Below, piece after piece: positions 1-12,276 of a stretch of DNA of 64,000 nt; the stretch's first letter is position 1, and each line of letters opens with the position of its first letter. The notes under the pieces were generated by a model, which worked only from the letters and a program-made list of their open reading frames with translations, ran no database searches and had not been told where the DNA came from. The position numbers and the translations under genes were made by a program. Origin of the DNA: the human T2T-CHM13v2.0 reference genome, Homo sapiens; assembly GCF_009914755.1 (NCBI RefSeq), contig NC_060933.1; one strand, given 5' to 3'.

Positions 1-865
1 CTACCCCTATAGTATGCATGCATCATCCTTTACTCCTAATCCATAGGTGGGTAATAAAATTAGAGAGTTATGATGATAGGGACTTAAAAGCCAAGTGTTT
101 CTTACAAGGCAGGGGATAAAATGAGATTGAAACTATGATAATGCTCTCTATTCATTTGAAAAGATACATTTTTCATCTTCTCACAATGTGCCTATAACTA
201 GAGTACTATGCTTAGAATAAAATTTCCTAGCAATTCTTTACTTCTTTTCCCCAAAATAAGAAAACAATGCTTTCAAAGAAAAATCCTATCCTCTCGTAAT
301 AATCTTGAGTCCAGTAAATAAAAACTTGTATGTGCAAACAAACCAATGAACCAGAAAAGGGTACTTGTATTTTCATTCTCAAAAATATCTTCAAGTGTGC
401 TTCCGAAATCAACAAAATTTGAAGGGACAGGTGAAGAACAAGCTTTGTTGGCTGAGACTTAAAAAAGTGTGCACTAATGGTTTATAGTAAAAAAAAAGTA
501 TCGATCAACTTTGACTTATTTAAAAACTGGAAAACATAAGTTTGTAAGATTGTATGTGAAGATTTGGTAACATGAATGTCTTGTGAGCAGTAAATCACAT
601 TTGTAGGAAAGAAATGAGTTGAAATTTCAAAATATTTGCATGCTGTTAGAAATTCATAACTTTCTAAATTTAAGTTAGTTTTAAAACTTGGCTTGTGTGA
701 GTCTTCTAATTCTTTGAAAACTAAAAAAGAATGTAAAGCAAGTAAATTTCAGAGGTTTATTTTCCCTTGGAACAAATTAATGGTTCTATAAATTGCTTTC
801 AACTGATTTTACCACTCCTAATACTTAAACTAAATACTAATCGTTCTGATATATTCTTGTTCATG

Positions 866-1364
866 TGTATTAGTTTTTTATTGCTGATGTAACACATCAC
901 CACAAACCTAGTAGATGCAAATAATGTAAATTTTTAATCTTTTGGTTCTGGAGGTCATAAGTCTAAATGGTTCTATGAGACTAAAATCAAAGTGTCAGCA
1001 GGGCTGGGCTTCCTCTGGAAGCTCTAGAGAATTATCTGTTTTCATGCCTTTTCCAGCTTGTAGGAACTGATTACCTTCCTTAGCTCATGGCCCCCACTTC
1101 CTACAGCTTCAAATGAGACAACACCAGGTTGAGTCCTGCTTAGATCACATCTATCAATTTAAACCTCCTCCTAGTCATATTTCCTTCTGACTCTTTTATG
1201 CATCCTTCCTTCTCTTCAAAGGACCTTTGTGATTATAATGGGCCCTTCTGAAGAATCCAGGGTAGTCTCATCTCAAGGTGCTTAAGATAATCACATCTAC
1301 ACGATCTCCTTTTCCATGTCAGGTAACGTATTCCTAGGTTTCAGGGGCTATACTTTGCTGTCCA
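866..1364 (-). mobile_element. MaLR LTR, MLT1D-like
   Basis: Starts TGTATTAGTTTTTTATTGCTGATGTAACACATCACCACAAACCTAGT and contains CTAAAATCAAAGTGTCAGCAGGGCTG, matching the reverse complement of the recalled MLT1D consensus. Confidence 0.85.
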
Positions 1365-1410
1365 CTTTTGGAGAAATCCTTGGAAGATACTCATTTAATT
1401 TAGCATATGA

Positions 1411-1744
1411 TGTAGAGGCACACAATACTCCTCATAATCAAAAGACTTTAGCATGTAATTATATCCCAAACATTTTTAAAACTACGTTTATGGTGTTTTA
1501 CTTGGTAAAAGAGATTTTTGCGTATGTGATTGAGTTGGGAAGATCACCTAGGTGGGTAATTGCAAGAATATTTGTGAGAGAAAGAGGTAGGTATGAAATA
1601 GAGTCAGAGAAGGAGATGTGATGACAGAAGCAGAAGTCAGAGTGATGTGATTTCTGGCTTGGAAGCTGGAAGGAGGCTGTGAGCCATGGAATATGGGCAG
1701 GCTTTAGCAGATGGAAAGGCATGGAACTTGACTCTCCCCTAGAG
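1411..1744 (+). mobile_element. MaLR LTR, MLT1D-like, 3'-truncated
   Basis: GAGTCAGAGAAGGAGATGTGATGACAGAAGCAGAAGTCAGAGTGATG and TCTCCCCTAGAG are MLT1D sense-strand hallmarks. Confidence 0.8.
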
Positions 1745-2291
1745 ATAATTATTTAACTCTGCTACTGAGTCTAAAAAAGGTCTTAGCTCCATGTCTTATC
1801 TATCATCCCTGTGAGTATCAGGAGAATAGATCCTCCATACTCTCATACACAGGTTTTGTTTTCTCTTTCCCGTTAAGCAGCTTTCCTGTTGCTTACTTAA
1901 GTGGTTTTTTTCCAGATAAAGGAGGAATTATTATGTGTTATTTTGTAGATATATACCCTAAATATACATATGTGTGTACAAATACTGTGTAATTACATAC
2001 ATTCTGATGATTTCTAATTTCTTGATTGTATCACACACTGTGGTTTAGTGTCAAGCATCCAATCATTTGACTGGTCTTTCATAATGTTCTTCTCAGTGTA
2101 TACATTCACCAGCTTGTCATACTTCTTGAATTATATTTCTGTTTCCCTCAGTAGTCAACATGTTTCTAATTTATCTTAAGAATCCCTTCAAGCCATTCTA
2201 GCCTCAAATGAAAAAGTATGATCATTACTTCATTTTCTTCCGCAAACAGATATGCAGCAGGATTTTTTATTCCATATTTCTAGAATTCTCC

Positions 2292-2472
2292 CAGAGTTGC
2301 AGTTCATGATCATGTAAGTTGTACTTTGCACAGCTCCAGGGGCACTGTTTACCTCAGAGTCATTGGCATATTACCGATTGGCATATTACCAACTGCTGCA
2401 ATTTGAAGATGGTAACTAAGTACCTTAAGAATGGTCAACTGTTCCTACATTGCACAACGGTGGCATTCTGGC
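2292..2472. mobile_element. MER91-like hAT-Tip100 MITE
   Basis: GTTGTACTTTGCACAGCTCCAGGGGCAC at the left end and TTGCACAACGGTGGCATTCTG at the right end; internal 14-bp duplication ATTGGCATATTACC. Confidence 0.55.
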
Positions 2473-2539
2473 CAGTGAGTGCTACTTAAAATTTGATATC
2501 AAAAACTTATAATTTGATAAGAATGACCAAATTTTTGCC

Positions 2540-3400
2540 CTCGGGTCTGATGGAATAACAAGGACCAAGCTTACTTTTCTGAAGTAAATAACTAGACAAC
2601 TGGACTAAATATATTTATCAATTAGTTTCAGGCATTGAACAACAGAACAAAACAGTGAAAGAAAACAAACAAGGCCAGTTTTATGGTCACTACAGTTTTC
2701 TGCATAGTTACAATTTCTAAATCACAGGCACAGAAAGGAGCCCAAATAGAATTTCAAAGACTTTCTGAATTGAGGAGATAGAAACCAGAGACTGGAGAGA
2801 CAGAGGTTGCATGGCAGAGCTCCAGAAAGGAAGAAGGTATGAAGAGAAAAAGCTCCTGAAATATGCTTGGGGTACCCTTTGCATTTTTGCAGAGAACTAA
2901 TCAGTGCATGCATAGAGTTCAAGTCCATGAGACTGGCAGAGGATAACTAGGAATATGCAACCTCAACAATACCCAGAGTTCAGACAAAGAGGAAAGATAC
3001 ATGCAATCTGGCTACTGAGAGTCCCTGGTGATAGCTCATGGGGCCATGCCTTAGTAGTCAAGCTAAAGTACACCAGGAATGAAGGCCGTCATATGCCAAA
3101 CATAATAAAGCATAAAAAGAGGCCTTAAAAGATCAAACTGATCTACAAGTAACTCAAACTGCTTGCCAGAGGAAAGTGCAGCACTTTTTAAAGGAAAACA
3201 GCAACAATGCAACCACTCACATTTCCAGCATTAAAAAAAAATTACTAGACCTGCCAAGATGCACGAAAATGTGAAGCATAATCAGGAGTAAATTAGACAA
3301 TAGGAACAAAAACAGAAATATGAAGGATCTTGAAACTAGAAGATAAAAATGTTATTAGAGTTCATAAAACTATGTTAAACTATTTTAAAAGTGAATATCA
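2540..3400 (+). mobile_element. Old L1 (L1MC/MD-type) 5' region
   Basis: A-rich sequence resembling ancient L1 5'UTR and ORF1-upstream consensus. Confidence 0.55.
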
Positions 3401-3439
3401 TAAACTACTATTTTAAAAGTGAATATCTTGCTTTTAGTG

Positions 3440-4558
3440 TTAAAAGCAAGAGCAAAGTGCAAAAGAATATCCATAGTATACTATGCTTCATGTAGAAAAC
3501 GATAGCATTTAAGGAAATATGCATGTATGATCTTCTGTGCAAAATAAATACAGGGAAACAAAATCCAGAAACAAGAGATTGTTTACCTACAGAGGGTAGG
3601 TGTGAATGGGATGGAAAGAATGGGATAACAGAAACCTTATACCACAAAAGAGGGAAGAATGACACTTTGCTGAGCATTTTTTGAGCTCTAATTCTTAGAG
3701 CTATAATAATATTTCACATGCCTTCAAACAAATAAATAATTAAAATTTACCAGGATGTGGGGGAATGGAATACAAATGGTAACAAATGAACTCAACTCTT
3801 TTACAAATGATAATTACAACCACACAAATAGAATTGGGGCAGAAAAGAGCTAAACAAAGTAACCTAAAACAAAAAAAGCAAGTTTTTGACTGTATCCTTA
3901 AGGCTAAAGACAAAAAGAACTATGCACAAATATTTTACTATAGTTTACAAATGTGTTTTCACAAGGGTATGAGTTTGCAAATATGAAATTATTTTATGTG
4001 TATGCTAGGATTGAACAAAATGTAAATATACTGTGGATAATGGGAGCCAGGTTTTCCACCATCAGAGCATGGAGTTACAAATAAGGGAAAGAGAAAGGCT
4101 ATAATGCATCCTGTAGTGTTGGACTGGAATCAAAAGTATTATATGAAATCATTGTTTTTAGTATATGTGCAGATGGAAAATTGTAGAAATAAATATAGAT
4201 GTGTATAAATGTGTGAGTATACATACATACATTTTCTAGCTCTTCTAACAAAAGGGCCTAGAGACACTACCATCCCAGTAACAATGAGAACACCATTCTC
4301 CAATTAAAGGAACCAAGGCTCCTTGGAGACATGTCTGACATCAGGGTTGGGCAGGGAAAATACAAGATTAGTTTGAAATATTTTGTCATGCCATAAAGTA
4401 AGGAAATGCTCACAAAACAATGGGAAAATGTGAAAAGAAAAGGAAACAGAACCCAATTTGAATAAACTTCCATAGCCAAATTTGTGAAAATTTGGGCAAT
4501 AAAATAAATAACAATAGTGATAGATTACAATCTACAGAAGAAAAAATTCAATTAATGC
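3440..4558 (+). mobile_element. L1MC4-like 3'UTR
   Basis: GGATAATGGGAGCCAGGTTTT, AAAGGAACCAAGGCTCCTTGGAGA and GGGCAGGGAAAATACAAGAT are typical of L1MC3/4 3' ends. Confidence 0.75.
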
Positions 4559-4559
4559 A

Positions 4560-4860
4560 GGCCAGGCACGGTGGCTCATGCCTGTAATCCCAGCACTTTG
4601 GGAGGCTGAGGCGGGTGGATCACCTGAGGTCAGTAGTTCGAGACCAGCTTAATCAACATGGAGAAACCCCATCTCTACTAAAAAATAAAAAAAAAAATTA
4701 GTTGAGTATGGTCGTGCATGCCTGTAATCCTAGCTACTCGGGAGGCCGAGGCAGGAGAATTGCTTGAACCCTGGAGGCGGAGCTGTGGTGAGCTGAGATT
4801 GCGCCTTTGCACTCCAGCCTGGGCAACAAGAGCGAAACTCCATCTCAAAAAAAAAAAAAA
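4560..4860 (+). mobile_element. Alu, AluSp-like
   Basis: Full dimer with CAACATGGAGAAACCCC and GCAACAAGAGCGAAACTCC diagnostics and an A tail. Confidence 0.95.
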
Positions 4861-5229
4861 GATAGAATTTAAAGGGACCCTTCCTATCTTATTTTATGAA
4901 CCCAGTATTGCCTTGATTCCAAACCAAGACAAGGGCATTATAAGTAATACAACTTCTATGTTTAGCCCTCATAAATAGACTCAAAAGTCCTTAAAACATA
5001 ATAACAAATTAAATGTAGCAGTACATAGAATGGATAATAAACCATGAGCAAATGAAATTTCTAAGAAGATTGCAAGGTTAATTTATTATTTGAAAAATCA
5101 ATTTAATTAATTAATCAATTCTATTCATCTGGGTGATTACATCGGTAAAACTCAGCAAACTGTGCACTTAAAATAGGAGTATTTATTTTAGGTAAATTAT
5201 GGTTCAGTACAATTGATTTTTTAAAAAAA
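4861..5229 (+). mobile_element. Old L1 fragments (ORF2 piece, then an L1M 3' end)
   Basis: TTTTATGAACCCAGTATTGCCTTGATTCCAAACCAAGACAA is L1 ORF2; AACTGTGCACTTAAAA...GGTAAATTAT is an L1M 3' terminus. Confidence 0.7.
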
Positions 5230-6179
5230 GCGTTTCCCAAAGTGATCAAAGTGGAGGGCAGGAAACAGTAAACATCAGTGCTTATGTTATAGCTACTAGA
5301 AGCCTCCCAATTCCAACAATGTGCTTTCAAGCAGGTCTGATCCTTTCCCTGGAGGATACCTCTGGCCCAGGTGTGCTACAAATGCATTGCCCCCAGTTGC
5401 TTGTAACACCTTAGCGATAGAAGTGAGAAGAGGGTACTGGAGAAAGAAAAGGTGTACAGGGTTCCAAATGTACTTTCTCTTTCCAAAGGACACTCATGAA
5501 GCCAGTGGAGAGGAAACAAACTAGCTGCTAACTAAGTCACAAGCATGTTCTCATACAGTTTTGCAATTAACTAAATTAGGACATTCAACCAATAAAATTT
5601 GTTTTACATGGTTCCTCCTCTAATAGGATGAACTTGTGGATTGTGAGATATGGCTGATATAACTTGTTTTCTCTATTTGCTTCTGTTTTTTTCCCCAAGT
5701 TTTGTTTGCAATACATTAGGAAAAATATAATTGGGCTATAAAGCGAACAAACAAATTATCTATGAAATTATCACTCAGATATAGAGATTGTTACTTCCTA
5801 TTGGCCTTACATATGAATATAAATAAGTAAAAATAAATATATGAACATAAGCATGTTTATTGTATAATTATATAAATGTGTGTAACAATAAATCATGCTT
5901 ATACATAGTTTCAATTCATGCTTCTAAAAGCCATCACTCAGTGTAGTCATTATCATATGTTAATAAACAATCTCGGAAAATATGCTTGTAGTAGTTGCAC
6001 AAAATCCCATCATAAAGATTGTCATGCCCTTTTTAAGCCATACTTTTGGGTATATAAGTTATATCTGATATTTTCCTGCTACATATATACTATTATAAAT
6101 CTATTAGTAGTTGACTTCTTGTCAACACATATGATTGTTTTCTCACAACAGAGTACAAGAGTTGGTTGTAACTTTATTT

Positions 6180-8610
6180 CCTTCCAACTTTTATTTTAGG
6201 TTCAGGGGGTACATGTGCAGGTTTGTTACATGGGTAAAATGTGTGTCAATGGGGTTTGGTGTACAGATTATGTAGTCATCCAGGTAGTGAGCATAGTATC
6301 TAACTGGGAGTTTTTTGATCCTCACTCTCCCCCACCCTCCACCCTCAATAGACCTTGTGTCTATTGTTCCTTTCTTTGTGTGGACTCAATGTTTAGCTCC
6401 CACTTATAAGTGAGAACATGCAGTGTTTGCTTGGTTTTCTGTTCCTGCATTAATTCGCTTAGAATAACAGTCTCCAGCTCCATTCATGTTGCTGCAAAAG
6501 GCATTATTTCATCCTATTTTATAGCTATGTAGTATTCCATGGTGTATGTGTGCTGCATTTTTTTTAATCCAGTCTACTGTTAACAGGCATCTAGGTTGAT
6601 TCCATGTCTTTGCTATTGTGAATAGTGCTATAATGAACATATGTGTGCATATGTCTATGACAGAATGATTTATATTCCTTTGGGTATATACCCAGTAATG
6701 GGATTGCTGGGTTGAATGGAAGTTCTGTTTTAAGTTATTTGAGAAATCTCCAAACTGCTTTCCACAGTGGCTGAACTAATTTACATTCTGAGGAAACTGG
6801 AGAGTTCCCTGACTCCCTTTGCAGGATGTGCAGCAGGGGTGTGGCTTGTCTATTTGGCTATCACGTGTGGTGTCAAACCCCTTTCCAGGTGGGAGGGCAT
6901 GCAGACAGGCAGGTGCAAAAGCCAGGGCAAGTGGCCATGGTAGTGTCTAGGGGTGGGAATGCCTGTGACTCCCACAGCCCAAGTTGGTGTGTGTTACAGT
7001 GTGCTCTTTTAGCTTTGCCATCCACAGACAGCTTAAGTGTTAACCAGCTCAGTGCCCTCTTGGTACCCAGGTCTTTGTCCAGCATCCAGAAAGAATCAAG
7101 TTGCACACAGACTTGAGGATGGTGAATATGGAGGTTTTATTGAGTGGTGGAGGTGGCCCCCAGCAGGATGGATGGGGAGCCGGAAAGGGGATGGAATGGG
7201 AAGATGATCTTTCCCTGGAGCTTTGCCATCCAGAGGCTGATCTCCTCTCCAATCACTGCCAGCCAAACTCCTCTTGGCATTCAGATGCTCCTTCTCTTCT
7301 TTCTGCCACATCATTCTGCCATTCTTCTGCTCTTCTGTTCATCTCCTCATCTGTTTGTCTGCTTCTGGAGCCTGGGGTCTGGGGTTTATATGGGTACAGG
7401 ACAGGAGGGCGTGGTGGGCCAAAAGGCAACTTTTGGGTGCAAAAGCAAGAATGCCCCATTTAGGGCCATGGGTTTCCAGGCTCGAGGGTGGGGACTTTGC
7501 CAGGGAACCACCCTCTTCTACCCAGTATTTCCTTGCCTCCTGTCTGTATCACCACCAGCAGTGTATAAGCATTCCTTTTTCTCCAGAAGCTCACTGCCAT
7601 CTGTTATGTTTTGACTTTTTAATAATAGCCATTCTGACCAGTGTGATATGGTATCTCATGGTTCTGATTTGCATTTTTCTAATGATTAGTGATGTTGAGT
7701 ATTTTTTCATATGCTTGTTTGCCACATGTAAGTCTTCTTTTGAAAAGTGTCTGTTCATGTTCTTTGCCCATTTTTAATGGGTTTATTTTTTGCTTGTTGA
7801 TTTAAATTCCTTATAGATGATGCATATTAGACCTTTGTCAGATGCGTAATTTGAAAATATTTTCTCCTATTCCATAGGTTGTTTGTTTACTCTGTTGATA
7901 GCTTCTTTTGCTGTGCTGAAGCTCTTTAGTTTAATTAGGTCCCACTTGTCAATTCTTGTTGCAATTGCTTTTGGAATCTTCATCATGAAATCTTTGCCAG
8001 CGTCTATGTCCAGAATGATATTTCCTAGGTTTTCTTCGAAGGTTTTTATAGTTTTAGGTCTTACATTTAAGTCCTTCATCCATCTTGAGTTGATTTTTGT
8101 ATATGGTGAAACAAACAGGTCCAGATTCAATCTTCTGCATATGGCTAATCAGTTATCCCAGCATAATTTATTGATTAGGGAGTCTTTTCCTCATTCTTGT
8201 TATTGTCAACTTTGTTGAAGGTCAGATAGTTGTAGGTGTGTGGTTATATTTCTGGATTCTCTAACCTGTTCTATTGGTCCATGTGTCTGCTTTTGTACCA
8301 GTGCCATGCTGTTTGGGCTACTATAGCCTTGTAATATATTTTAAAGTTGGGTAGTGTAATGCCTCCAGCTTGCTTCTTTTTGCTTAGAATTGCTTTGGCT
8401 GTTCAGGTTCTTTTTTGGTTTCATACGAATTTTAAAGGTTTTTTTCTAATTCTGTGAAAAGTGTCATTGGTAGTTTGGTAAGAGTAACATTGAATCTATA
8501 AATTGCTTTGGGCAGTATGACCGTTGTAAGACTATTGATTCTTCCAATCCATGAGTATCCATACTCACGTTTGTTTGTGTTGTCTGATTTCTGTTGGCAG
8601 TATTTCTTTA
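6180..8610 (-). mobile_element. L1PA15/16-like 3' portion, interrupted by an LTR
   Basis: TTTTATTTTAGGTTCAGGGGGTACATGTGCAGG 3' end; ORF2-derived ORF 7867-8130 ([18 protein letters not shown]); L1 reads through TTACATTC|CCACCAGCAG across the LTR. Confidence 0.92.
6789..7551 (-). mobile_element. ERV1 solo LTR, LTR1/LTR27/LTR28 group
   Basis: Reverse complement begins TGATACAGACAGGAGGCAAGGAAATACTGGGTAGAAGAGGG, contains CCCATATAAACCCC (TATA region) and ends near GGGAACTCTCCAGTTTC. Confidence 0.88.
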
Positions 8611-10888
8611 GAACTTTTTATTGTATTGACTGTCACAGCACATTGCCAACTGATTTCCAAAATATTGTACATATCCACACCTCAAACAATTGTTAATAAA
8701 CATGATTATCTCATTGTAGGAATAGTGTTTGCAAACAAAAAGATTCCGCTGGTCTTGGATGCCATCCATCCTGATTTTCCACCTGTTTCATTTCACCCTC
8801 AATGACACAAAGTGCTGTCACTCAAAATTCATTTCTAAAAGGAGTGAAATAATATTTTTTATAAATTGCAAATGAAGGTGTGGATGGATAAAGGTGAACA
8901 TTTGTTTCCATGCTTATAGGTTATTTGTATTTCTTCATCCATGTATTTTTAATAATCTTTACTCACATTTTTCTTAAGGATATTAGTTTTACCACCCAAA
9001 TGGTTAAAACTCCATAGATTAATAAACAATTTAGCTAATAGAGCTCTATACAGAACTTTTCCCAATTTGTCATTTTAATGTTTACTCTTTTTGCTTTTTG
9101 GGCACAAGTTACGACCAGGCAATCACAGGAGCTGTGTCTTCTTTTCTGCCCAGGAGAGTGGGCAGAAACAATGTCCCGGTCCTAGGAGACTCCTGTAATT
9201 TTTGTTTCTTCTGTATCTTTCTGCTAACACTGTGTGAACAAATGAAGTAAAATTGATGCTCCAAAGTCATTTCAAATGAAATGAAACATCTTAAACAATT
9301 AAGAAGTAGTAGTGAAGGAAAAATGGGAAAATCATGAGAAAGGAGAATGTTGCTGGAGAAGACAAAAGGAGAGCAGAAACTGACAAAAAGTAAAACCCAT
9401 AATATTTTCATCATTTGGGAGACATGATTAATTCGGAAAATATGCAGGGGAGCTGGAACTGAATTTGGATTTGGATGTTTATAATGATAAGGAAATAATC
9501 GGATCCACTTCAATCTGTTTAGTATTGTGTGGTGTCTTTCTGGTATCTTCAATGCCTGTTGTTTAACACTTCAGTGATGAGAGCTTGAGAATTACAGTGC
9601 TACCACTGGTATTTGTTAATGAACCTTTAAATTGGCCATTACTGTTATAGCCTGTTTATGCTGGCTTGGCTATGTTGGCTCTTTTATTGAAATAGACAAC
9701 ATGATTAATTTACTTGAGTCCTCTAACATGTTTGTGTTGAATCCAGTTTAAATTACTGTCAGAAATAATGCCAGATTTTAGACTGGTGACAGAACATTCC
9801 TATGAAAATCTCCAACAAGGAATGCTACTTCTCAAAGAGCAAAAGAGGGAGAATTGGTTGGAAGAGGATGAAAGAGGGGCATGTTCATGTCAATCGCATA
9901 GGTAAGAGAAGAAAGAAATCAGATTACAAGAAAATTGTAGAAGTGTTGAGCCTAGTTACCAATACAGATTGCCTGCCCCATTATGTCAATTTTTGGTGGT
10001 GTTATGGATTAATGATTTTTTGAGAAATATATTTTATTACCTTCTGTCTACTAAAATGTCATAGAATACTAACCATCATATGAAACCAATTTTTCCATTT
10101 TTTTCCATATAAAACTTTCATGGTGCATAGCAACAACCAGACACATCCCAGACTTAAGCAGTGAAAAGCAAATACTGCAACTGGAGAAAACATAAAACAA
10201 AGTCATATTTTCCATGCCTGACAGATTTTAAGTTTAAGATGTTTTTTGGTAATTTTAATTTTCAAAAAAATACTGTCAGGTTAGCCATTGATTTTTGTCT
10301 TATGCCCCTGCCTTTAAAATAAGATGGTGAAGCAAAGGTGGTGTTGACTTAGTTTACAAAGAGACTTAATAAAATGTCACATTTGCTAGTGATTCTGCCG
10401 TTATTCTGAATGTTTGCTTTCAAAGATAAAACAGAAAACGGCCTTTGGCAAAGAGCTCAAAGTAAAAGAAAGTAAATAAAATTCTTGAAATTCTATGTGA
10501 AAGAGATATTGTTTTATCTTCTGATATCCAGCATAAAGAATTGAGAAACAAAATTTTCGAGGATTAATTTTAATTTTTAGTTTTCTATGCACATCTTCAC
10601 ATGCTTGTGGTGAATTATTTGATAGTTCAGCCTCTTTGAAGCTGAATTAGTTTGGGGGTTAAATATTGAAGTTTGGAGTAGATAAGCAGATGCATCAATG
10701 ATTCCACATAATACAAGGACACAAAAAGTTAACAAAGTTATTACATGACAAGGAAATTATGATGCTATGGATACTGTCCAGTCACTTTCAACTACCTGAT
10801 AATAAGTTAGCTTGAACAAAAGAAAGTTGGAGACAAAGTAATACTCATAACTGCTTAGATATTGTGACGTAAATTCATTTGCAAGGCA

Positions 10889-10974
10889 AATATATATATA
10901 TATGTGTGTATATATACATATATATGTGTATATATGTGTGTATATATATACGTATATATATATACACACACACA
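10889..10974. repeat. (TA/TG)n compound microsatellite
   Basis: Directly visible. Confidence 0.95.
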
Positions 10975-11349
10975 TTAGGAGATAGAAATATCTCTCTCAT
11001 AATGTGTAGAAAATTTTTTTGTTGGGGATGAAAATGATGAAATCATTTCTGAAAAGGTTTTCTGGAAATGTATGCCTCCTGCTTCCCTTCCTTCTGCATG
11101 TTTAGTGCCAAGAAAGAAACAATATTTCAGAGTTCAGCTCTGGGTATTTCTGTACAAGATTTTTATCTTTAAACAATTACACAACAGATTCATGCTCATT
11201 ATAGAAGAATTACAAAATGCAGATGAGCAAGTGGAAAATATAAATTTTACATTGCATATACTCCCAAAACACAAAAATATTCTCTCTTAATGTATTGGTG
11301 TGTATCTTGCATATGTATAGACGAGTATATGTATATGTATATGTATACG

Positions 11350-11740
11350 TATTCATTCATTAAGTGTCTACTAGGATTCAAAGGACACATCAGAGAAGGA
11401 AACAGACAAAATTTCCTGCCCTATAAAGCTTAGCTGGTCAAGCCCAACAAAAGTAAAACAAAAACAATATACAATATGTTAGAGAGTGATAAGTGCTGAG
11501 GAGTAAAATAAGGCTGGCAAGGGAGATAGGAAATGCTGGAGATGCTGTTTTAAATAGAGTTGCCAGAGAATGTTTCATTGGTGTGAGAGTTGAGCAAATC
11601 CCTTAAGGAAGCAAGGGAGCAAAGCTATAGGGATGTCTGCTGGAAGGGTTTTCTAGGCAGAAGGAACAGCTATGTCAAAGGCCCCATGATGAGAGCATGC
11701 CCAGTGAGTTGGAGTTGAAGAAAGAAAAAAGAAGCCAATA
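11350..11740 (-). mobile_element. L2 (L2a-like) 3' end
   Basis: ATTCATTCATT tail, ACAGACAAAATTTCCTGCCCT and GGCAGAAGGAACAGC...AAAGGCCC. Confidence 0.8.
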
Positions 11741-12142
11741 TCAAAATACATTTATTTATTCTTTCTATAATACCTTCTTTGACCCATGAATTATTTGAAA
11801 TGGTTTGTTTAATTTCCAAATGTTTGGAGTTTTCCTAGATATTTGATTGTTATTGATTTCTAACTTAATTTTATTGTTGGTACAGAACATAGCCCACAAA
11901 AACAATGCTGTCTTAATTTAAAACAAGTTTAGTATGTGATATGCTTGTTGGTATTGTTTCAATTTAAAAACATTATTGACTTATTTTATGGCCCAGAACA
12001 TGATCTATCTTGGTGGATATATTATGTACACTTGAAAGACAGTATTTTTGTTTGCTGTTGGATGGAGTATTTTATCAATGTCAGTTAGAATAAGGTAGTT
12101 AATAGTTAATAGTGTTGTTCAAATTACCTATATCATTACTAA

Positions 12143-12276
12143 TTTTTTTGGGGGTAGAGCTAGGGGTCTCTCTGTGTTGCCCAGGCTTGTCTTGAACCCC
12201 TGGCCTCAAGCAATCCTCCCACCACATCCTTCCAAAGAGCTGGGAGGATTACAGGCATGAGCCACCACACCCAGCC
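12143..12276 (-). mobile_element. FLAM/AluJ monomer
   Basis: GTTGCCCAGGCTTGTCTTGAACCCCTGGCCTCAAGCAATCCTCCC through GAGCCACCACACCCAGCC. Confidence 0.9.

Noticed and set aside
5321-5524. 67-aa Cys/Arg/Trp-containing ORF, superficially like an antimicrobial peptide
   Set aside because: Non-ATG start, no signal peptide and no defensin cysteine spacing
6826-7777. Cluster of 67-167 aa ORFs in a GC-richer patch
   Set aside because: All lie within the ERV1 LTR or adjacent L1; no recognisable protein
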